Virus record (IMG/VR): IMGVR_UViG_3300045988_131126
DNA: 64,000 nucleotides
Source of the DNA: a virus
Direction: 5' to 3' (one strand)
This document shows positions 56,228 through 64,000 of the stretch, piece by piece. A program made the position numbers and the translations under genes. The notes beneath the pieces were generated by a model that was not told where the DNA came from, searched no databases, and saw only the letters and a program-made list of their open reading frames with translations. How positions within the stretch are numbered: the first letter of the stretch is position 1; every line of letters starts with the position of its first letter.

Positions 56228-57130
56228 ATGATTATAATACCATTTAAATCAAAGAACCCAGAAAAATCTTACAAGCATTATTCGTATGCAGAATATTATT
56301 CTGTAAGTATAAAATCCGAAACCGATGTATTTTCAAAGGATTTTACATATGATTTTATTAGAGAATATGATACTTTTTACGATAGTCAATTTAACAAAGA
56401 AACAGTGCAACGGTATTTTGCCGGCGATCCTGATACAGACAAAGTGCAATTAGTTTCAGATAATGGATATACATATACTATTGATTTGAAAAATGATATA
56501 TGTATTAATAAAGGAAATGCTTTATATTTCATACCGAAAGGTAAAATGTTTAAGAAATTTTATTCTATTAATCAAATAAGAAATTTCGTGGACATTATTG
56601 TTAAGATTAAAGATTATGATCTATTGAAGAAATATTCTAAATTGATAGATGAAGATTTTAGCTCTTTAGATGCAGAAGATGTATATAATTTAGTGAATAT
56701 AGAAAAAGAAATAAACAAAACCAAAGAGGAATACAATAAATACGACTATTTATTATTCAGAAACTATTTCGAAGGTGAAAACCTATTAGATACTTATCTA
56801 ATGACAGAAATAAAAAGAGACATATGTGATATGTATAAAATCGATCAAAATTCTAATATTTACTATAGTTCTACTCTTAAACCAGCATATTGCAAAATAT
56901 CACAAATTTATGAGAATAGGTACGAGTATTTGAATGGATCAACTTTGGAAATACTTCCATATATAAGATCTAATATGATTTCTCTTGGATTTATGAAAAA
57001 AGAAGAGCAATTAGATGAGGTTATTCTTAAATTAAAAGAAAATAAATCAGATGAATTTAATGATATAATGGATATGGTTTATTTAAAAGCTAATCATGAT
57101 ATGAATAATAGTTATCAAGGTGGATTTTAA
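56228..57130 (+). CDS. hypothetical protein (300 aa)
   Basis: ATG 56228 (MIIIPFKSK...) with SD AAGGAGGA. The longer track ORF would include the terminator hairpin. Confidence 0.7.
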   Translation: MIIIPFKSKNPEKSYKHYSYAEYYSVSIKSETDVFSKDFTYDFIREYDTFYDSQFNKETVQRYFAGDPDTDKVQLVSDNGYTYTIDLKNDICINKGNALYFIPKGKMFKKFYSINQIRNFVDIIVKIKDYDLLKKYSKLIDEDFSSLDAEDVYNLVNIEKEINKTKEEYNKYDYLLFRNYFEGENLLDTYLMTEIKRDICDMYKIDQNSNIYYSSTLKPAYCKISQIYENRYEYLNGSTLEILPYIRSNMISLGFMKKEEQLDEVILKLKENKSDEFNDIMDMVYLKANHDMNNSYQGGF

Positions 57131-57135
57131 AATTG

Positions 57136-57167
57136 TACCCGTAATACCTTAATTGGTATTACGGGTA
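57136..57167 (+). terminator. rho-independent terminator
   Basis: TACCCGTAATACC / GGTATTACGGGTA stem, then TCTTTTG. Confidence 0.7.
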
Positions 57168-57184
57168 TCTTTTGCCTCCTAAAA

Positions 57185-57200
57185 CATTTATGTAAATATT
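57185..57200 (+). promoter_or_regulatory. CATTTATGTAAATATT motif upstream of the tape-measure-like gene
   Basis: Located 4 nt before SD TAGGAGG, just after the terminator at 57136..57167. Confidence 0.4.
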
Positions 57201-57219
57201 GAATAGGAGGTACTTAATT

Positions 57220-60200
57220 ATGCCTAATCCTGTCAAATGGATAACAAATGTTGGTAAATCTATATCATATTCATTTATAGACGAAATGAAAGAATTAAAC
57301 CCAGCTTTGGCTTCCTTTAAAGAAGATAACGGAGATTTTGCAAAATCTGTAAAAAGTACGATATCTATAAAAAGCATAAAAGATGCTTCAAAGAATTTAT
57401 CTAGTAATGAATATTTTAGTATAGCGAAAGATACTATAAATAATCTAAAAAGTGATATTAAAACAGGTAATCTGTATAATAGAGAAAGAGAGAAGAAGGC
57501 TGAAGATCAATTCGCTTCTAAAATGATGGGATTTGATGATTCAGATTTCGGATTTGATGATAGCGGAGACATGAATTTTAATTTTGATGAAGATGTAACT
57601 GATTCTATAGATCAATCTACTAAATCAACTAATGATATGGTAGATTTAGTAGGTAAGAAAACATCTTTAGCTATATCTAATGCTGTTGTTGGATCTTCCG
57701 AATATATGGCTAAATCATCAAGAAAAAATACAAAAATATTGTTCGATCAGAACAATATTTTATTTAGCAAGTTACATTCTGATTTAGGTACAGTTAATCA
57801 GAATATAGGATCTATATTAGAGTTTAATAAAGAAGCTACTACGACTCATTATAATAACTCTGCTGCATATTATTCGAATATGACTTCTAAAATGGAAGAA
57901 ACCACTTCCATGCTGAAAGAAATGCTTGAAATGCAAAAAGAGTATTATGGAAAGAAGAACGATTTTAATGGAATTTATGGATCAAATGAAAGAAGTTATT
58001 CTGGAATATCGAATAAAGGAGTAATAAATTTAGAAGCATTTTTTAAGAATATAAAAGGTAATGTAAAAGATAAGTTATCTATGCTTGATATGCTTGGAAG
58101 TATGGTTACTGATACAGGAATGGGAGGTATGTTATCTGCATCCCCTGGTAAGTATTTAACGCAAGGACTAGTTAAAATGCTTACACCTAAAATGCTCAAA
58201 GAATCTATGAAAGATTTTAACGAGACATTATCTGGTGTATTAGCAAATGCTATATTAAAAATAAATGATGAAGCCGGAGATTTTAGCTTTAAGCAGATAT
58301 TGGCTAGTTTGTTTAAAACAAATGAATCTCTTAAAACAGAGATAAATCCATCAGGATATAAGAAAGATGCTATACCTTTCGATGGAGTAACAAAGAAAGC
58401 TATTACAGAGGTTATACCTACATATTTGGCAAAAATATTATCTGCTGTGTCTAATCAATCAGAAACTAGATACGACTACGAAAAAGGTAGATTTGTATCT
58501 ATGGATGAAATAAAGAGAGAGTATCAAAATATAGTAAAAAATAATTCTAAAATGGCATCATGGAATATGAGTAATTCTATGATGGATTTAGCTAATAATA
58601 CTATTAAATTTGATAAAGATGATAAAGGCAATTTTATTTCTAAGAAGCAATTCCAAAAAGATTTGGAAGCTTTCTTCGAATATCAATATAAAAATGCTAA
58701 AGTATTTAATGGTAGAAAAGAAAATATAGATCCTGCTACATACGGAATGAAAGGTGGACAGAAATCCGAAATTAGTGCTAAACTAATTAAACAGATGTGG
58801 AATGCTCTGCCTAATAAAGAACGTATGAAATTAGCTGGGGAAATATTAGATCAGAGACAAATGCAAAATACTACCATGAGAGACATAGAAAGTAATTCGA
58901 ATAGTAGTATAATTAATTTGTTTAATGGCTCTGGAGCTACTAAAACTGGTAGTGCTTTTAAATCTAAAAAAACATCATCTGATAGTCCTTATGCCAACTC
59001 TAGTAAATATTCTGGAGCTATCATCGATATACTTGGTGATATACGTAAAGAAGTATCTTATATTAGAGCTTATGGTATTGGCGAAAAGAATGGATTTGGT
59101 GGTAAGTCTAAAGGAAAACACAGTAAGAAGAAATCTAGAACTACGAATAATTATAATAGAACTGTAAGTTTCGAAAATTATAATCCTTATGATGATATTA
59201 ATATAAATGATTTTGATGAAGATGAAAATTATAGTTCTATGGATTTATCATTTATGAATGAGAATCTTGTAGGACCAGATGGTAAAGTGTTACCTCCTCT
59301 TGAAAAGAAAGATAATGAAACACAAGAAGAATTTGATCAAAGAGTCAGAGAACGATTCGAACAGATCAAATCTGGTAAAAAGAAAAACAAAGGTATATTC
59401 GGGAAGATAGCAGATGCTACTTCTGGAAATAAACTTGTAAAATCTATTGCCGGTGGTATAGACAAAATATTAGAAAAACCAGCACAATTTCTCACTACAG
59501 TAATACGTAAAGCAGATGAAACCGTATTTGATTTAGTATTTGGTAAAGCTGGTGATAAAGAGAACAAAGGTATCCTATATGAAATGAAAGTTGGTATTAG
59601 AAAAACTTTCACTAATATGGGAGACTGGTTACAGAAAAATGTATTAGATCCTATAAAAGAAAAATTTACAGCAAAAAATATTAAAGAGATGGGTCGCAAA
59701 TTTTTTGGTCTCTTTGGTATTGATATAGATAAGACTGTAAAAAGTGTAAGAGAAAAATTATTTGGTGTAAAAGGAGAAGACGGTAAGCGCCAAGACGGGA
59801 AAAAGGGCATCTTTGGACAGTTTATAGACGATACTAAAGACTCTTTTAAGAAAGCCTTTGGGTGGTTTAAAGGAACTTTTAAAGAAGCAGCTGAATGGGC
59901 AGGATTTAAAGGTACTTTAAACGAAAAAGGTAAAACCAAACAGAAGAAAAAAGATATAGCTCAAGACGTGATGCGTCGAGCTATGAATAACGAAGATAAA
60001 AGAGCTGCTCAGAGAGTACATGAAAAAAATAAAGAGAAAAAAGAAGAAGACAAAAGAAGAAGAACCGGAGAAGAAATATTAGGCCAAGCTGCAGCTGGAT
60101 TAAGGCGAGTACCTAAAACAGGTGTATATGCTTTATCAGAGGGCGAAGCCGTTATTCCTCCAGATCATGATCCTGCTAAAATAAAAAGAAGATATGCTAA

Positions 60201-63200
60201 TGAAGCTAGAGCTATAGATAGATATAAAAAGCATGGCGGAATTAGTATGTTTGCTGAAGGAACAGAAGGACCTTCAGAAGACGATAAGGATACTAATAAA
60301 AAAGACAAAAAATCTAATTATGATCGTGCAAAAGAAATATACGATAGTATTAAATTTGAATACGATGACTACGAAGAAGGACAAGCTCCATTAGGAATGG
60401 AGATAATGAAACAACTATCCAATCTTCTTAAACTTGGTAAAGCTTTTGCTGGAGATGTATCTGACAAAGTTATGTCTCAAAAAGATGCAGACAATAAAGT
60501 CAAAGAAGATGTAAGCAATATATTCTGTAAAGTAATGAATCTTGCTCCAGAAGTAAAGAACGCTTTACCTAATATGACTGTTGGTGCCGTAATAGGTTCT
60601 GGCGTATCATTAATTAGTGGTATGATAGGAGGTCCTTTATTAGGGGCTGCTGTTGGTGCCGCTAGTGGATTAGTAATAAAAAGTAAAACTGTACAGGATT
60701 TATTGTTCGGAAGTACAGATAAAGATGGAAATTATAAAGCTGGATTGATTCCTAAAAATGTATCTGATACTATAAAGAAATATGTACCGACTATGGCTAA
60801 AGGATCTACTTTAGGTATGATCACTTCTCTCATACCATTTGTTCCTGGTGGTCCTATGGCTGGTATCTTATTAGGATCAGCTGCAGGCGTTGTAGCAAAA
60901 AATGAGAAAATATATAATGCATTATTTGGTGAAGATTCTATATTACCTGATTTTCCTAATAGGATTAAGAAAGCGTTGCCAAAAATGGGAGCAGGAGCCG
61001 CTGTAGGCTTAGTTGCCGGACCATTTGGTGTTGCTACAAATATCTTATTAGGATCAGCGGTAGGATTTGCCGCAGATAGTGATAAATTCAAAAATGTATT
61101 CTTTGGAGAAAAAGATAAGTATGGTAAAAGAGTTGGTGGTATTTATAATACAATAGTAGATACTATATCAGCTCCTATAAAAGATATGACTCAGAAATTC
61201 GGAGATTGGTTCAATGAAACAATCAAACGAAATCTGAACGATTTCTTTACGCCTTTAAAGAATTCTGCATTACATGCTGTGGATACAATAAAAGATTTCT
61301 TTAAAGATAAAATTAATGATAAAATAGTAAGACCTATAGAAGAAAGATTAAAATCATTATTAAAACCATTTGCTAAATTATTTGGATTTGCTTTTAATAC
61401 TGGGAAAAATATATTAAAAACTGGTATAGGATTACCGTTTAATATGCTTGGTGGTATTGGACGTCGTATGACAAGACATCAAGTCAAAAATGGTAGAGCC
61501 TATGATATGACAGCAGCTGAAAGGAATGAATATAGACGTACTCATAAGCTTGGTATTATAGGAAGGGATAAAGCATCTCGAATGGACCAAACTCTGGAAC
61601 AGATGGGATCAGAGGACCTTCAATCAGCTAAAGATGCTATAGAGTTCCTTAGAACTGGCGATAGAGATAATAAGAAAGTAATAAATGAAAATACAAAAAA
61701 GATACAGAATAGTATTAATGCTAATATAGGTAAATTACCTGCTAAACAGCAAAAAGATATTATTAAGTATCTTAATAAAGGTAAATATAAACAAGCTATA
61801 GGATACTTAGATAAAATAAATATATCTGATCCTAGCGCTAAATCTGCTTTGATTAAAGATATAGAAGCCTCTGGTAAAGAAATAGCAAAAGCCAGATATG
61901 CTATGAATTACAATAAAAATGGTGAATATAGAACTAAAGCAGAAGATAAATTAAAATCTTTAGGGTTTGATACTAATTCATTAAATCTTAGAGATATGAG
62001 TAGATTACTTGACACTGAGTTAGCAGATAGAAATAATTCTGATGCTTATGAAGAATCTAAGAAATCTGAGAATTTTCAGAATGATATATTGAAAGATATT
62101 CAAGAGATTATTCTTCAGATGAAGATGCTTAATAAGGGATTACTTGGATCTGATATTGATGTAGAAAGTATCACCACTAAAAATTTAGATAAAAAGATAA
62201 AGAAAGCTCAAGATAAAGCTGAAAAGAGAAACGAACAGCAAGAGCATATAGATAGAGGAGAAGCTCGCACTAAATTTGGTAGAGCTAGGCAAAAAATCTT
62301 TGGTGGTATAAAAGGAGCTGTTGGTCATACATTTAATAGATTAGGTGGATGGGTATTTGCTGACAATACTACTGAAGATGGAAATGTTGTAGATAGAGCT
62401 GCTTATAAAGGAGTAAAAGCTGCTGAAACTCTCGGCAGAGGTGTAATTAATTCTCCTAGAAGAGCTAAAAGAGCTGTTGCTAAATGGGCAGGAAGAAAAT
62501 TAAATAAATTTAAAGGTAGAAATGATCGACTTAGAAGATTTATGGATGAATACTTCGACGATCATGATGTAGATGGACAAGCTGCTGAGGGATTATATGG
62601 AGTTCCATATAGCGGATTATATGCTTTATCTGAGGGTGAATATGTAATACCTAGTTTAGCAGAAGGAACCGAACTACCTACCAATAGAAAAAATAATACC
62701 ATAGTCTTACGAATAATGATGGTTGGTGACAAATTACGAGCATCATTAGGAATGGGCAAAGGGAAAAAAATTAGAAGAAATAAAAATAAGGACGAAAATA
62801 GTTATCAGGGAGATAATAATGAAAAGACTACAACAAGTTTTTATAATGGTCTTCCTATTAAAAATAAAGTAGATGCTAATGGTAATGTAGAGCCTGATAC
62901 GTCTGATGCTGAAACAGTAAATACTCTTAGAGAAAGAGATGAAGATAGAGCCAATCAAAAAGGTATATTTGATACCATTAAAGGTATTCCTTCTAAGATT
63001 GGTGAAATTTTTGGTATCGGTAAAAAGAAAGATAAAAAGAAAGATAATCTTTTAGGAAAGATATTAAAAGCTGCTGGAATTGCAATGCTTGCAGCATTCT
63101 TTGCACCTAAGATTATAAACTTTATTAAGAAAACTGTAGCTCCATTTATAGAAGATACAGTTGTTCCTGTATTTAAAGAAAAGATTCTTCCTGCAATAGA

Positions 63201-64000
63201 AGAAAAACTTAATGATGTTAAAAATGGATTCATGAAAGGATTCTTAGGAGATAGCTATACTGGAGATGAGCCAGAAGGAGTTGTTGGAGCCTTTGGAGAA
63301 AAGATCGGTGAAGGAGTAGCTGCAACTAAGAGTTATATGGAAGAAACAGTATTACCTTGGATTACTAATACAGCTATACCTGCTATTGGTAATATGCTTG
63401 GAGAAGTTCTTCCTCAAATATTAGCTAATGCAATTCAGAATTTACCTAAAACATTAGGTTTCTTAGGCAAAACTGGATTAAAAACTATGGATATCTTATT
63501 AGGTAATGGTAATAATGCTGGCGGAACTACTACAATAAATCCAAATCAATTACAATCTGGTGAAACTGGAATGTATGATGAGAATGGAAATGTTTTAACA
63601 GCAGAAGATATTCAGAATGGTAATTATAAAAAGATATACAATTCTCAAGGTGTAGAAGGAACCGTAGAAGATGGACAGATCAAATTCAAAGATCAATCCA
63701 TGGTTGGTGGAACTACATTTAAGAAAATTGGAAATGGTATGGGTCATGCTTTTGCCCATGGTAAGCAAGGTGTGATGAATAAACTTTTAGGCAAAAGCTC
63801 TAATGTTTTAAAACATCTTGGAATAGGTGGTAAAGCTGCATCTGTTGCAACAAAAGTAATATCAAAACCTATAGAATTAGCTGGTAAAGCTGGTGCTAAA
63901 GTATCTAAAGGATTTGACAAATTTGTATCTAAAGCTACATCATCTGCTGCTGGTGAGGCTGTAGAACATGTAACTGGAGATGTCGTAGAGAATACAACTG
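57220..64000 (+). CDS. giant tape-measure-like / virion-associated protein (over 2260 codons, 3' end beyond window)
   Basis: I read every codon from ATG 57220 (SD TAGGAGG) to 63999 and found no stop. Three Gly-zipper hydrophobic segments at about 60586..61080. Two copies of G(V/L)YALSEGExVIP. KGIFG repeats. Lys-rich, helical-looking sequence. Confidence 0.55.
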   Translation, partial: MPNPVKWITNVGKSISYSFIDEMKELNPALASFKEDNGDFAKSVKSTISIKSIKDASKNLSSNEYFSIAKDTINNLKSDIKTGNLYNREREKKAEDQFASKMMGFDDSDFGFDDSGDMNFNFDEDVTDSIDQSTKSTNDMVDLVGKKTSLAISNAVVGSSEYMAKSSRKNTKILFDQNNILFSKLHSDLGTVNQNIGSILEFNKEATTTHYNNSAAYYSNMTSKMEETTSMLKEMLEMQKEYYGKKNDFNGIYGSNERSYSGISNKGVINLEAFFKNIKGNVKDKLSMLDMLGSMVTDTGMGGMLSASPGKYLTQGLVKMLTPKMLKESMKDFNETLSGVLANAILKINDEAGDFSFKQILASLFKTNESLKTEINPSGYKKDAIPFDGVTKKAITEVIPTYLAKILSAVSNQSETRYDYEKGRFVSMDEIKREYQNIVKNNSKMASWNMSNSMMDLANNTIKFDKDDKGNFISKKQFQKDLEAFFEYQYKNAKVFNGRKENIDPATYGMKGGQKSEISAKLIKQMWNALPNKERMKLAGEILDQRQMQNTTMRDIESNSNSSIINLFNGSGATKTGSAFKSKKTSSDSPYANSSKYSGAIIDILGDIRKEVSYIRAYGIGEKNGFGGKSKGKHSKKKSRTTNNYNRTVSFENYNPYDDININDFDEDENYSSMDLSFMNENLVGPDGKVLPPLEKKDNETQEEFDQRVRERFEQIKSGKKKNKGIFGKIADATSGNKLVKSIAGGIDKILEKPAQFLTTVIRKADETVFDLVFGKAGDKENKGILYEMKVGIRKTFTNMGDWLQKNVLDPIKEKFTAKNIKEMGRKFFGLFGIDIDKTVKSVREKLFGVKGEDGKRQDGKKGIFGQFIDDTKDSFKKAFGWFKGTFKEAAEWAGFKGTLNEKGKTKQKKKDIAQDVMRRAMNNEDKRAAQRVHEKNKEKKEEDKRRRTGEEILGQAAAGLRRVPKTGVYALSEGEAVIPPDHDPAKIKRRYANEARAIDRYKKHGGISMFAEGTEGPSEDDKDTNKKDKKSNYDRAKEIYDSIKFEYDDYEEGQAPLGMEIMKQLSNLLKLGKAFAGDVSDKVMSQKDADNKVKEDVSNIFCKVMNLAPEVKNALPNMTVGAVIGSGVSLISGMIGGPLLGAAVGAASGLVIKSKTVQDLLFGSTDKDGNYKAGLIPKNVSDTIKKYVPTMAKGSTLGMITSLIPFVPGGPMAGILLGSAAGVVAKNEKIYNALFGEDSILPDFPNRIKKALPKMGAGAAVGLVAGPFGVATNILLGSAVGFAADSDKFKNVFFGEKDKYGKRVGGIYNTIVDTISAPIKDMTQKFGDWFNETIKRNLNDFFTPLKNSALHAVDTIKDFFKDKINDKIVRPIEERLKSLLKPFAKLFGFAFNTGKNILKTGIGLPFNMLGGIGRRMTRHQVKNGRAYDMTAAERNEYRRTHKLGIIGRDKASRMDQTLEQMGSEDLQSAKDAIEFLRTGDRDNKKVINENTKKIQNSINANIGKLPAKQQKDIIKYLNKGKYKQAIGYLDKINISDPSAKSALIKDIEASGKEIAKARYAMNYNKNGEYRTKAEDKLKSLGFDTNSLNLRDMSRLLDTELADRNNSDAYEESKKSENFQNDILKDIQEIILQMKMLNKGLLGSDIDVESITTKNLDKKIKKAQDKAEKRNEQQEHIDRGEARTKFGRARQKIFGGIKGAVGHTFNRLGGWVFADNTTEDGNVVDRAAYKGVKAAETLGRGVINSPRRAKRAVAKWAGRKLNKFKGRNDRLRRFMDEYFDDHDVDGQAAEGLYGVPYSGLYALSEGEYVIPSLAEGTELPTNRKNNTIVLRIMMVGDKLRASLGMGKGKKIRRNKNKDENSYQGDNNEKTTTSFYNGLPIKNKVDANGNVEPDTSDAETVNTLRERDEDRANQKGIFDTIKGIPSKIGEIFGIGKKKDKKKDNLLGKILKAAGIAMLAAFFAPKIINFIKKTVAPFIEDTVVPVFKEKILPAIEEKLNDVKNGFMKGFLGDSYTGDEPEGVVGAFGEKIGEGVAATKSYMEETVLPWITNTAIPAIGNMLGEVLPQILANAIQNLPKTLGFLGKTGLKTMDILLGNGNNAGGTTTINPNQLQSGETGMYDENGNVLTAEDIQNGNYKKIYNSQGVEGTVEDGQIKFKDQSMVGGTTFKKIGNGMGHAFAHGKQGVMNKLLGKSSNVLKHLGIGGKAASVATKVISKPIELAGKAGAKVSKGFDKFVSKATSSAAGEAVEHVTGDVVENTT

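Noticed and set aside
1001-63233. About 55 track ORFs of 60-200 aa lying antisense to or out of frame within longer ORFs (for example 1001..1228, 11709..12173, 27756..28115, 29262..29687, 30364..30933, 39254..39571, 51573..52094, 59337..59939, 60732..61091).
   Set aside because: All are fully nested in longer, SD-preceded genes. They have Ile/Phe/Leu/Ser-rich shadow composition typical of AT-rich antisense frames and lack SD sites.

Overview
This is a strongly AT-rich, gene-dense window with about 70 protein-coding genes in alternating strand blocks. Nearly all genes have Gram-positive-style Shine-Dalgarno sites (AAGGAGG), many have 1-4 nt stop/start overlaps, and many operons end in GC-cored hairpin terminators. 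By eye I found no rRNA, tRNA, CRISPR array or integrase/transposase. The content fits a large (probably jumbo-class) tailed phage of a low-GC Firmicute-like host. Confident calls: a phage-type multisubunit RNA polymerase, consisting of one giant beta-like gene and two adjacent beta-prime fragments separated by a degenerate HNH-like gene; B. subtilis-type thymidylate synthase; RNase HI; DHFR; a PD-(D/E)XK nuclease; and a partial SbcD/Mre11-like phosphoesterase. An ORF of more than 2260 codons with tape-measure-like features runs off the 3' edge. Most other genes are orphans. Items worth a second look: the permuted, split beta-prime; a roughly 650-700 aa N-terminal extension on the beta-like subunit; a five-member 'MDYxxE' paralog cluster, one member frameshifted at an A-run; a recurrent ATTwwTGTAAA motif just upstream of many SD sites, often as divergent pairs; and a 500-bp non-coding region with 22-bp perfect inverted repeats and a 14-nt anti-start-site element. 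All homology statements are by-eye motif matches with no database search.
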